Shown in pieces: positions 28,148-37,024 of a DNA stretch of 37,774 nt (position 1 is its first letter; the number at the start of each line of letters is the position of its first letter). A program made the translations under genes and the position numbers. The notes beneath the pieces were generated by a model that saw only the letters and a program-made list of their open reading frames with translations, was not told where the DNA came from and did no database searches. Location: the NCBI GenBank assembly GCA_039934715.1, contig JBDTLQ010000001.1:1-37774 (forward strand), given 5' to 3'. Origin of the DNA: Ignavibacteria bacterium (GTDB taxonomy: Bacteria > Bacteroidota > Ignavibacteria > Tepidaquicellales > Tepidaquicellaceae).

Positions 28148-29782
28148 TTAGCATGAATATGAGATCTTAAGTATTTTGATCACTTCGAGTAAAAACTGCA
28201 AACCGTCCTGTACGGTTTTAATACCATCCGGAAGTTTTCCGGGTCCGTACGCTAAAGCATTTGCAAGACCGATCATATCCTCACCGAGATCGCTTAAGCT
28301 CTCATTTACATAGTATTCCTTGTCGCCCAGTACATCCGGCTGTCTTGGCTTCGTAACCGGCCAGGTGTCAGGAGATCGCGGTATCTTCCTGTTAAAAACA
28401 TTCTCAAGTGTCTGTGAATTCAGATCCCTGTTCGTTAAATGTCCCAGTCCCCATTTGGCTGACATAGTTCTGATCACGGAAGTGTGAGTAAGCTCTTCAT
28501 TAATGACCGTACCGCTGTTAATATATGGTGAAACAATAACCGCCGGAACGCGAATGCCCAGCCTGTTAAACTTAAAATTCATTTCAGTCACCGGCTGAGA
28601 GGTGTAGGGCGCAACTGCAAGCGGAGGCTGAACATGATCATATGTTCCTCCCGCCTCATCGAAAGTTATTATGAATAAAGTATTTTTCCAATTATTCCCT
28701 TTAGCGCTGTCTGAATTTTTTATAGCGTTGTAAACAGTATGAATTAATCTTTCACCGGGAGGGACACTTGACGGGAAAGTTAAATTTCCTACCAAAGGCG
28801 CGGGAGGATGTTCATCATTATGATAGAATATCATTCGCGGTTCTATGAATGAATATTTGGGAAGAAGTCCTTTCCTGCAGTCTTCAAGAAATGTATCGAA
28901 GCTGCAGATGTTGGAATGAGCATAATTTTTTAGGCTTTCATAATGAATGAGCAGTGACATTGGGAGTACATCTTTATAATCAAAATAAATTTTCCATGGA
29001 AGTCCCCGCTTCTGAAGCCGCTGAAAAATTGTTTCCTGTGTATTTGATATCCATTTCCCGTAGGGGGAATTTGTAACATAGCCACCTGAAGCTCCGCAGT
29101 TGAAGAAGGACCTGTTGCAGAATGTCTGGCTTGGAACGGCGCAATGCCAGTGGTCGCAGACAGCAAACCCCTGTGCCAGCGCGCTTATCACCGGGACTAC
29201 ATCCGGAGGAAAGCAGCTCATGATAATTTTGTATTCCGAGTATGTAGGAAGCCTGCCCTGCGTTGCTTTAAAATTATTCACATAATCCTGAAGAAAACCA
29301 TTCATCGGATAATTCTTTGGCAAAGTATCAGGAAGATTAAATGGCGGAAACATTTCGCTTGCAGTAAGATACCTGTTGGTATCCGGGATCACTGTACCGA
29401 ATAATGATGTATTGATATGCGGATACTCTTCCCCCGGATCGGGATTCGGATTATTCATAACAGAATCTTTATGAACCGGTACGCTTCCCATGAATGAAGA
29501 ATCAGCGTAAGACGGGATCGGGTTTGAAAGACTTTTCCATGCGACACCTTCAAATTGCTGTCCTCCCGGTGGAGGATTCTCCGGTGTGTAAAGATAGCCC
29601 AGAACGTTATCGAACGAACGGTTCTCCATCATCAATACAACAACATGGTCAAAGCTATCAAGACCGCTGAGTTCCGCTCCTTTACTAATAAATGAAGGCA
29701 ATGCTGAACCCAATGCACCAAGTGCTATAGAAGAACCTGTAAGTTTTAGAAAATCTCTGCGGGATAATTTCGAAAAGGGCAT
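28148..29782 (-). CDS. Phosphoesterase-family protein (non-haemolytic phospholipase C / AcpA-like) with a Tat signal
   Basis: Twin-arginine signal SRRDFLKLTGSSIALGALGS, HVVVLMMENRSFDNVLGYL (PF04185-type motif) and FDEAGGTYDHV. Confidence 0.85.
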   Translation of the reverse strand: MPFSKLSRRDFLKLTGSSIALGALGSALPSFISKGAELSGLDSFDHVVVLMMENRSFDNVLGYLYTPENPPPGGQQFEGVAWKSLSNPIPSYADSSFMGSVPVHKDSVMNNPNPDPGEEYPHINTSLFGTVIPDTNRYLTASEMFPPFNLPDTLPKNYPMNGFLQDYVNNFKATQGRLPTYSEYKIIMSCFPPDVVPVISALAQGFAVCDHWHCAVPSQTFCNRSFFNCGASGGYVTNSPYGKWISNTQETIFQRLQKRGLPWKIYFDYKDVLPMSLLIHYESLKNYAHSNICSFDTFLEDCRKGLLPKYSFIEPRMIFYHNDEHPPAPLVGNLTFPSSVPPGERLIHTVYNAIKNSDSAKGNNWKNTLFIITFDEAGGTYDHVQPPLAVAPYTSQPVTEMNFKFNRLGIRVPAVIVSPYINSGTVINEELTHTSVIRTMSAKWGLGHLTNRDLNSQTLENVFNRKIPRSPDTWPVTKPRQPDVLGDKEYYVNESLSDLGEDMIGLANALAYGPGKLPDGIKTVQDGLQFLLEVIKILKISYSC

Positions 29783-29889
29783 TCTTTGAATGGAAAATTA
29801 AGATACAATAACAAAAATTACTTTAAAATAAAAATTTCATTTCAAATAACACAAAGAACAAAAGCATGTTCAGAAATGATCTGAATGAC

Positions 29890-30981
29890 TTACTTAGTTT
29901 TCTTTTCCATCATACCCATAAACTCACCGAACAAATATTTACTGTCATTAGGACCCGGTGAAGCTTCCGGATGATATTGAACTGACATTACCGGAAATTT
30001 TTTATGACGAAGACCTTCATTGGTACCATCGTATAGATTAGTATGAGTGATATCAATATTATTTTTATCGAGGCTCTTTTCGTCAACTGCGAAACCGTGA
30101 TTTTGCGAAGTGATCTCTATCCTGTTCTTCAAATGATTTTTAACAGGATGATTTCCTCCGCGGTGACCGAATTTCAGTTTGTAAGTTTCACCCCCAAGAG
30201 CAAGCGCGATCAGCTGATGACCAAGACAGATACCAAACATCGGAATGTTGGCATCAATCAAATTCTTTGTATTTTCGATGCCATATTTCACAGCATCAGG
30301 ATCACCCGGACCATTTGAAAGAAAAATACCATCAGGCTTGTAATCTAATATTTCTTTATAGTCTGATTCGGCATTAAACACATTTATCTCAACATCAAAT
30401 TTCAGGAACTCGCGAAGAATATTTTTTTTATTTCCGAAATCATAAAACGCTATTTTATATTTAGGGTTTTCCGATTTAAGAAAATAATTATTTTTAGTAC
30501 TTACTTTTTTAACGAGATCAAGACCTGTCATTGAAGGATAGGTCAAAACTTTTTCAAGAAGTTTTTTTTCACTCAGTTTTTCATTTGTGATCATTCCCCG
30601 CATTGCTCCCTGGCTGCGGATCATTTTTGTAAGAGCACGCGTATCAATTCCTGAAATTCCTACTGTCTTATTTTTTATCAGAAAGTCTTCAAGTGATTTA
30701 AGTCCTTCAAAATTACTCCACTCATCTTCATAGTTTCCGACCACCAGTCCCTTTACATGAATTGTTTCCGATTCAATATCAATGTCGTTGGTCCCGTAAT
30801 TTCCTATGATAGGGTAGGTCATGATAACTATCTGACCGTAATAGGAAGGATCAGTCAGGATCTCCTGGTAACCTGTCAGTGATGTATTGAAAACAACCTC
30901 ACCTGAGGAAGAACATTTATATCCGAAGATATCTCCTTCGAATATTTCACCGTTTTCTAATATTAATTTCCCTTTTTCCAA
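29890..30981 (-). CDS. carA: Carbamoyl-phosphate synthase small (glutaminase) subunit
   Basis: N-terminal LILENGEIFEGDIFG, TGYQEILTDPSY, class-I GATase GICLGHQ, and HGFAV...SVQYHPE. A TTG start is required because no ATG lies upstream of the conserved N-terminus. Confidence 0.92.
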   Translation of the reverse strand: MEKGKLILENGEIFEGDIFGYKCSSSGEVVFNTSLTGYQEILTDPSYYGQIVIMTYPIIGNYGTNDIDIESETIHVKGLVVGNYEDEWSNFEGLKSLEDFLIKNKTVGISGIDTRALTKMIRSQGAMRGMITNEKLSEKKLLEKVLTYPSMTGLDLVKKVSTKNNYFLKSENPKYKIAFYDFGNKKNILREFLKFDVEINVFNAESDYKEILDYKPDGIFLSNGPGDPDAVKYGIENTKNLIDANIPMFGICLGHQLIALALGGETYKLKFGHRGGNHPVKNHLKNRIEITSQNHGFAVDEKSLDKNNIDITHTNLYDGTNEGLRHKKFPVMSVQYHPEASPGPNDSKYLFGEFMGMMEKKTK

Positions 30982-31007
30982 AAATTATTTTTAATTTGCG
31001 ACTGCCG

Positions 31008-32822
31008 TTACCTCAGATACTTATCCAGAAACTTCAGCTTCGATTCAAATACCTTGATCTGATTTGACACTTTAGTGTACCCATGACCCTCATCCTCAAG
31101 CAGAATATATTCTACAGGTTTATTTTTTTCTTTAAGCTTATTGACTATCTGCAATGATTCATCCTCAACCACTCTTGGATCATGCTTTCCCTGGACCACA
31201 AGTAACGGACAATTAATATTGTCAACAAAATTTATTGGTGATCTTTCGATGAGCATTTCTTTATCATTTAGGACATCTCCGATCAGAAGCGCTACCCCGC
31301 TTTTCCAGTGTTCAGGAACAGAATTGACGAACGTAAAAAGATTCGCCGGACCAAATATGTCGATCGCACATTTCCAGATCTCGGGAGCTTTTGTGATACA
31401 GGTCATTGTCATGAATCCTCCGAAACTTCCTCCCACAACAGCAATTTTTTTCTCATCTACATAACCCGACTTTTTCAGATAATCGACACTGCCTAATACA
31501 TCTTTGAACTCAGCTCCTCCCCAGTCTTTGTAGATCATTTTTTGAAATGTTTTTCCATAACCTGTGCTTCCTCTGAAGTTGGGAGCAATCACAATATATC
31601 CGGCATTTACCATCACCTGCACATACTTGCTGAAGTTGTGCATCTCCTGATGTTCAGGTCCTCCGTGCGGCCACACTATCGCCGGATTCTTCCTGTCTTT
31701 CTTTAAGCCTCTTGGTACATAAAATAAAGCATGTATCTTCAAACCGTCGAAGCTTTTATAAAAAACATCCTTAGGTTTTGTCAGTCCTTTTTTTGATACT
31801 CCTCCGACCAGCGAATTGGTGATCTGTTTTGCAGTCTCCTTTTTAAGATCATAAATAAAAATATCTCCCGGGCTTAAAGGATTATCGCTCAGAAAAATTA
31901 TTCTTTTATTATCTTTTGTAAACTTTAATTCAGTATAATTCCCTTTTGGAAGCTTCAGTTTACGAACCTTCCCTGTTTTCATATTCATTAATTTGGGAGT
32001 ATTGCTGCCGTTAATGTTTGTGGTCCATAACAGGAAATTATGATCCGCAGAAAATTTAAAACCCGTAATGTCCCATTTTTCCTTTATTATCCATTTAGAT
32101 TTTTGTTTCTTAATATCATAATACTTTAAGCCTTTGAACTCCCTGCACTCATCCGAAACAAAATAAAATCCCCCTCTCTTCCGATCAAAATTAGTGCCGG
32201 CATTAAAGACATTAATGCTGATGTCATGTTCGGTGGTGTTTATTAATGTGTCTTCCTTTGTGTCATAAAGTAAAATGTCCAGATTAATATTCCCGTAAAA
32301 TTTCTGAAAGGTGATGTATCTTTCATCAGGGCTCCATGCGTCAGCGTGAGCCGGATAAACATCATCAAATTGTTGAAGCAGTTTATTTTCACCTGTACCC
32401 ATGTCCTGAATATAAACATCAAAATTATATTTCAGTCTTTTGTTGGTGGAGAATAAAAATTTATTCCCTTTCTTATTGAACTGGTGAAAGAAACATTGTG
32501 AATCTTCAAATCCCTTTGTAAGTAAAGTTACTTCACCTCCGTCTTCAGGCATTTTAAAGATCTGAAGGTTTTCATTCCCGTTTATATCGCTCAGAAAAAA
32601 TAATTCCTTTGATACAGGACTATGATAAATGTGCCTGACAGAATCTTTCCATGTGGAGATCTGATCTGTCCATCCGCCTTCTACCGGAATGGACCATATC
32701 TGCGGAGTACCTGAGGTGTTGGTTATGTAAAATATTTTCTTGTCGTTTGTTGATACAGTGAAACCAAAAATTGTTCTTATTGAAAAAAATTTTTCTACAG
32801 GGTACTTCTGTATTATATTCAA
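31008..32822 (-). CDS. S9-family serine peptidase (prolyl oligopeptidase / acylaminoacyl peptidase-like): beta-propeller plus alpha/beta hydrolase
   Basis: GGSFGGFMT nucleophile elbow, GKHDPRV and EDEGHG (Asp/His of the catalytic triad), and an N-terminal WD/TolB-like propeller repeat pattern. Confidence 0.85.
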   Translation of the reverse strand: MNIIQKYPVEKFFSIRTIFGFTVSTNDKKIFYITNTSGTPQIWSIPVEGGWTDQISTWKDSVRHIYHSPVSKELFFLSDINGNENLQIFKMPEDGGEVTLLTKGFEDSQCFFHQFNKKGNKFLFSTNKRLKYNFDVYIQDMGTGENKLLQQFDDVYPAHADAWSPDERYITFQKFYGNINLDILLYDTKEDTLINTTEHDISINVFNAGTNFDRKRGGFYFVSDECREFKGLKYYDIKKQKSKWIIKEKWDITGFKFSADHNFLLWTTNINGSNTPKLMNMKTGKVRKLKLPKGNYTELKFTKDNKRIIFLSDNPLSPGDIFIYDLKKETAKQITNSLVGGVSKKGLTKPKDVFYKSFDGLKIHALFYVPRGLKKDRKNPAIVWPHGGPEHQEMHNFSKYVQVMVNAGYIVIAPNFRGSTGYGKTFQKMIYKDWGGAEFKDVLGSVDYLKKSGYVDEKKIAVVGGSFGGFMTMTCITKAPEIWKCAIDIFGPANLFTFVNSVPEHWKSGVALLIGDVLNDKEMLIERSPINFVDNINCPLLVVQGKHDPRVVEDESLQIVNKLKEKNKPVEYILLEDEGHGYTKVSNQIKVFESKLKFLDKYLR

Positions 32823-33020
32823 TTATGCGGGTTTAATTTATTCAGAATTTAAAATTAACATAACGTTTTTAAATTTTTTTTTTAAGTCTAAAAAATTACA
32901 AATCCATTTAACACTTGCATCAGGATTGTAATACTTTGTTTTAAGAAATTTTTATTACTAACAATTTTGCAATACTATTTTTAGTTTGAAAAGAAAATTT
33001 TAATCATCATTAGAACTTGT

Positions 33021-34541
33021 TTGGATAAAAAGACAAACCTTTGTATTCACGGACATTTCTACCAGCCTCCCCGGGAAAATGCCTGGAGCGGAGAGATCGA
33101 GCCTCAGCCTTCCGCTGCGCCGTTCCATGACTGGAATGAAAGAATTTTACAGGAGTGTTATAAGCCGAATTCTGAAGCGATAATTGTAGATGTACATGAC
33201 AATGTCATAAATCGGATTAACAATTACGAATATTTTAATTTTGATTTCGGACCGACACTGCTGAGCTGGATAAAAAATAAACATTCGAAAACATATGAAC
33301 GAATTATTGCTGCAGATAAGAAAAGCGCAGCAGACCATAATGGACACGGGAATTCAATTGCAATGGTTTACAGCCATCTCATCCTGCCTCTTGCAAACAG
33401 AAGAGATAAAACAACCCAGGTAAAATGGGGAGTTGCCGATTTCAGATTTCATTTCGAAAGACAGCCCGAAGGGATCTGGCTTTCTGAAACTGCTTGCAAT
33501 GAAGAAACGATAGATGTACTTATTGAAGAAGAGATCAAGTATATCATACTGGATCCTTCACAGGCAGCATCAGTCAGAAAAGGGCAGCGCGGTAAATGGA
33601 AAGATGTCTCACAGGAAAGTATCAATACCGAAATTTCTTACAGGTGTTATTCCGGAAGCTCTAAAGAAAAGTTCATAAATATTTTTTTTTACAACGGGCC
33701 TCTTTCAAAGAACATTGCCTTTGATGATCATATCTATGACTCGCGGAGACTTCTTAACAGACTTGAACAGATCCCCGTCTCCGATTCAAAAACAGATCAC
33801 CTTGTCAGCGCGGCAATAGACGGTGAAACATTCGGACATCACAAGAAATACACTGAAAGAACCATGTCATATTTTTTTTCCGAATTGGTACCTGAGTCAA
33901 AATTTCAGCTCGTGAACTTCGGAGAATATCTTTCTTCGCATCCGTCTGTGTGTGAAGTAAAATTGAAAACAGGAATTCAAAACGAAGGTACATCCTGGAG
34001 TTGTCCTCATGGTGTCGGCAGGTGGAAGGAAAACTGCGGCTGCGGAAGCACACCCGAACACCCGAGCCAGGAATGGAGAAGACCTCTCCGTGAAAGTCTT
34101 GACCTGCTCAGGGATAAACTCGCTATTATGTATGAAGAGAAAGGCCGGGAATATTTTAATGATGTCTGGTCAGCAAGAAATGAATACATAAACGTTATTT
34201 TAGACAACAGTATTGAGAGCAGGGAAAAGTTTTTTTATTTCAACTCCCGGCGATTCCTGGATAAGAATGAAACAGAGATGAGTATTAAATTGCTGGAAAT
34301 GCAAAAGTTTTCTATGTTAATGTTTACAAGCTGCGGATGGTTCTTCTCTGACATACACGGCATCGAGACGATTCAGATATTACAGTATGCAGCCCGAGCG
34401 ATCGAACTGGCTAAAGAAATTTCAGATGAGGATCCGGAAGATGAGTTTTTAGAAATACTTGCAGAAGCAAAAAGTAATTCAAAGGAATTTGAAAACGGAA
34501 GAGATATATACATGAATGTAGTCAAAAGGAAAATTGAGTAA
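33021..34541 (+). CDS. Glycoside hydrolase family 57 protein with DUF3536 C-terminal domain
   Basis: LCIHGHFYQPPREN (GH57 N-terminal signature), AIDGETFGHH (catalytic region) and SCGWFFSDIHGIETIQILQYAARAIELA (DUF3536). TTG start. Confidence 0.8.
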   Translation: MDKKTNLCIHGHFYQPPRENAWSGEIEPQPSAAPFHDWNERILQECYKPNSEAIIVDVHDNVINRINNYEYFNFDFGPTLLSWIKNKHSKTYERIIAADKKSAADHNGHGNSIAMVYSHLILPLANRRDKTTQVKWGVADFRFHFERQPEGIWLSETACNEETIDVLIEEEIKYIILDPSQAASVRKGQRGKWKDVSQESINTEISYRCYSGSSKEKFINIFFYNGPLSKNIAFDDHIYDSRRLLNRLEQIPVSDSKTDHLVSAAIDGETFGHHKKYTERTMSYFFSELVPESKFQLVNFGEYLSSHPSVCEVKLKTGIQNEGTSWSCPHGVGRWKENCGCGSTPEHPSQEWRRPLRESLDLLRDKLAIMYEEKGREYFNDVWSARNEYINVILDNSIESREKFFYFNSRRFLDKNETEMSIKLLEMQKFSMLMFTSCGWFFSDIHGIETIQILQYAARAIELAKEISDEDPEDEFLEILAEAKSNSKEFENGRDIYMNVVKRKIE

Positions 34542-34570
34542 AATTTATTGATAGAATTTGATATTATTGT

Positions 34571-34597
34571 AATCCCACGACTTTTAGTCGTGGGATT
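34571..34597. repeat. REP-like hairpin, left
   Basis: AATCCCACGAC-ttтта-GTCGTGGGATT read from the sequence as AATCCCACGAC TTTTA GTCGTGGGATT: a perfect 11-bp stem with a 5-nt loop. Confidence 0.7.
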
Positions 34598-34611
34598 GTA
34601 GAGATGAGAGA

Positions 34612-34643
34612 GGCACCATTTTTAATGGTGCCGGATTTTTTTT
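34612..34643 (+). terminator. Rho-independent terminator of the GH57 gene
   Basis: GGCACCATT-ttt-AATGGTGCC (9-bp stem), then GGA and TTTTTTTT. Confidence 0.75.
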
Positions 34644-34663
34644 GAAAATTTAAATTGCACATT

Positions 34664-35098
34664 ATGGGACATTCAAACACTAAGATATGGATTCATACAG
34701 TTTTTGGAACAAAGGACAAATTACCTTTGATTAGCGAACAACTTGAGAAAGTACTTCATTCTAAAATAATCTCAGATATGCAGACAGGAATGAAATGTCC
34801 GGTTGAGATGATAAACGGGACAATGAACCATCTACACATACTGTTCTTACAAAATCAGAATTACTCTTTAAAAGATATCTTGAAAAACATAAAGGGCGAA
34901 ACATCTCATTGGATAAATCAAAATAACCTAACCGAAGCAAAGTTTTCATGGCAGATATCATATGCCGCTTTTTCTGTAAGCCAATCTAATGCAAAATCTG
35001 TTGCAAGGTATATTTCCAATCAGAAGGAGTTTCATAAAAAAGTATCATTTACAGATGAGTATAACATGTTAATCAAAAAGCATGGAATAAATGTTTAA
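34664..35098 (+). CDS. IS200-like / REP-associated tyrosine (Y1, HUH) transposase
   Basis: KIWIHTVFGTKDKLPLI, the HUH motif NHLHILF, GETSHWINQ, SYAAFSVS and RYISNQKEFH (a Y...Q catalytic-helix pattern as in IS200/IS608 TnpA and RAYTs). The ORF is open from the TTG at 34655; the ATG at 34664 is the likely start. Confidence 0.8.
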   Translation: MGHSNTKIWIHTVFGTKDKLPLISEQLEKVLHSKIISDMQTGMKCPVEMINGTMNHLHILFLQNQNYSLKDILKNIKGETSHWINQNNLTEAKFSWQISYAAFSVSQSNAKSVARYISNQKEFHKKVSFTDEYNMLIKKHGINV

Positions 35099-35126
35099 AA
35101 ACCGTTAAAACGGTTTTTAAACATTT
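35089..35126. terminator. Perfect 18-bp-arm palindrome overlapping the transposase stop codon (bidirectional terminator-like)
   Basis: AAATGTTTAAAAACCGTT-aa-AACGGTTTTTAAACATTT. The reverse complement of the right arm equals the left arm exactly. The GC core CCG/CGG is flanked by A5/T5 runs. Confidence 0.6.
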
Positions 35127-35131
35127 CATCA

Positions 35132-35153
35132 GCTCACGATTAAAATCGTGAGC
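35132..35153. repeat. REP-like hairpin, right
   Basis: GCTCACGAT-taaa-ATCGTGAGC: a perfect 9-bp stem. Its reverse complement (GCTCACGAT-TTTA-ATCGTGAGC) resembles the left hairpin core. Confidence 0.65.
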
Positions 35154-35175
35154 CAAAAAAATCAAACTAAAACTC

Positions 35176-37014
35176 TTGGACTACAGCAGTCTGCTAAATT
35201 CCCGGTCATCGGAGAAATGGAAACGGATAGGGATCAACCGGCGCGCAGGCATTGCGCTGCCGTTGTTTTCCGTGTATTCCAAAAACAGTATCGGCATAGG
35301 CGAGATCCCGGATCTAAGATCACTGATCGACTGGTGCCGCAAAAATAGTATCTCGATCATTCAGCTTCTTCCTTTGAATGAGGTTGGATATGACTACTCC
35401 CCTTATAACGCGCTCAGCACATTCGCGCTCGATCCAATGTACCTTTCAATACACAAGCTTAGAAAGGCCGAACTGAAACCTTTTCGCCAGGAGATCAGGG
35501 AAATTAAAAAACAATTTCCGAAGGGCAATGAAAGAGTAAATTATGAAATAAAAAATGTGAAGCTTAATTTACTAAAAAGAATTTTTGAAACTGTTGATCA
35601 TTCTGAAATAAAAAAATTCCGGGAGTTTGTTAAAAAAAATATCCACTGGCTTCGTTACTATTCATTGTTCAAAATTTTAGCCGAAAAAAATTCAAACAGA
35701 AGCTGGCTGGAATGGGATTTAAAGTATAAATATATTTCATCACTGAGCGCGGAAAAAATTCTGAAGAATCATACAGATGATGTAAATTTTATTTATTGGC
35801 TGCAATGGCAATTGTATGAACAGCTTGTAACCATTAAACGATATGCCGGTCATAACAATATCTTTTTAATGGGAGACCTTCCCTTTCTTGTTTCCAGAAA
35901 CAGTGCTGACGTCTGGGCGTACAAAAATTATTTTAAGCTATCACTCTCATCGGGTGCTCCTCCGGATATGTATTTTTCAAGAGGACAGAGGTGGGGGATG
36001 CCGCCTTATGACTGGGATAACATTGCAGCTGATAAGTACAGTTACATTAGGGAGAGACTTAAGTATGCGGAAAATTTTTTTGACATGTTCCGGATCGATC
36101 ACTTCATCGGATTGTTCCGGATCTGGACGATCGATCTGAAAATCCCGGAAGAGTATATGGGTTTGTACGGAAAGTTTGATCCTGAAGAAGAACACCATTG
36201 GGAAGAGCACGGAAGAAAGATACTGAATGTAATAAATGACAGCACGTCAATGCTTGCGTGTGCAGAGGATCTGGGAACTGTGCCCGATTGCTCGGAAAAA
36301 GTTTTAAAGGAATTTGGCATAACAGGGATCAATGTTCAGCGCTGGGAAAAAAAATCGAAGGGCAGATTTGAATTTTTATCGCCGGAAGAATACAGGATCA
36401 ATTCTGTCTCGACAGTTTCAACACATGACTCCAGTTTTCTTCCCTCCTGGTGGAAATGTGAAGCAGGCACAATTGATGAATATTCCTTCGGACAAATTTG
36501 TGAACGAAAGGACATCAGGGATCAGAAATATTCTTATCTCCTGAAAAATTTGTTTGATGAGAACTTTAGTGTTAAAGGCAGGCTGCTTTGGAAAAAAGAA
36601 ATTTCAAATGTTTATGTGTTGCTTGAATTTTTACAAATGAATTATGAACATGCAAAAGATTTCATAGATATGTATTTGTCAAGCTATGGTGAAAAAGATA
36701 AGTTCTGGAGATATCTTGCTTTACCGGGTAAACATGATCAGCTTCCATCAGTCAAATTAATGAACGGTTCATTGAAGAGTGTAAACAGCACAAGCTCGGT
36801 ATTCAGTATTCAGCTTCTTATTGAATACTTATATCTTGATAAAAATATTCTGGAAAATTATAACGGATGGGATTACAGAATTAATTTTCCGGGTACTTCG
36901 GATAAGATCAACTGGTCGATCATATTTCCTGTTGCACTGGAAAATTTAAAGGAGATGAGTATCAATGAAGACATTAAAAAAATTATCTCAATTACAGGCA
37001 GAGCAGGTTCATAA
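35176..37014 (+). CDS. malQ: 4-alpha-glucanotransferase (amylomaltase, GH77)
   Basis: RRAGIALPLFSVYSKNSIGIGEIPDL, PLNEVG...SPYNALSTFALDPMYLS, FRIDHFIGLFRIW (catalytic Asp region), EDLGTVP, and HDS near the C-terminal part. TTG start. Confidence 0.9.
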   Translation: MDYSSLLNSRSSEKWKRIGINRRAGIALPLFSVYSKNSIGIGEIPDLRSLIDWCRKNSISIIQLLPLNEVGYDYSPYNALSTFALDPMYLSIHKLRKAELKPFRQEIREIKKQFPKGNERVNYEIKNVKLNLLKRIFETVDHSEIKKFREFVKKNIHWLRYYSLFKILAEKNSNRSWLEWDLKYKYISSLSAEKILKNHTDDVNFIYWLQWQLYEQLVTIKRYAGHNNIFLMGDLPFLVSRNSADVWAYKNYFKLSLSSGAPPDMYFSRGQRWGMPPYDWDNIAADKYSYIRERLKYAENFFDMFRIDHFIGLFRIWTIDLKIPEEYMGLYGKFDPEEEHHWEEHGRKILNVINDSTSMLACAEDLGTVPDCSEKVLKEFGITGINVQRWEKKSKGRFEFLSPEEYRINSVSTVSTHDSSFLPSWWKCEAGTIDEYSFGQICERKDIRDQKYSYLLKNLFDENFSVKGRLLWKKEISNVYVLLEFLQMNYEHAKDFIDMYLSSYGEKDKFWRYLALPGKHDQLPSVKLMNGSLKSVNSTSSVFSIQLLIEYLYLDKNILENYNGWDYRINFPGTSDKINWSIIFPVALENLKEMSINEDIKKIISITGRAGS

Positions 37015-37024
37015 ACTTATAAAA

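Larger units (their letters stand above)
34571..35153. mobile_element. RAYT/IS200-like Y1 transposase unit: outer related hairpins in inverted orientation bracketing the gene
   Basis: The left hairpin is at 34571-34597 and the right hairpin at 35132-35153. Both share a CACGA(N)T-rich-loop(N)TCGTG core, with the T-rich loops on opposite strands. The transposase ORF lies between them. Confidence 0.6.

Noticed and set aside
34598-34601. A GTAG tetranucleotide adjacent to the left hairpin, reminiscent of the GTAG of E. coli REPs.
   Set aside because: It lies 3' of the hairpin rather than 5', and the right hairpin has no counterpart. A 4-mer match is expected by chance.
35148-35348. A 66-aa ORF overlapping the start of malQ.
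   Set aside because: It is out of frame with, and largely inside, the strongly supported GH77 ORF. It also begins inside the right REP-like hairpin and has no motifs.
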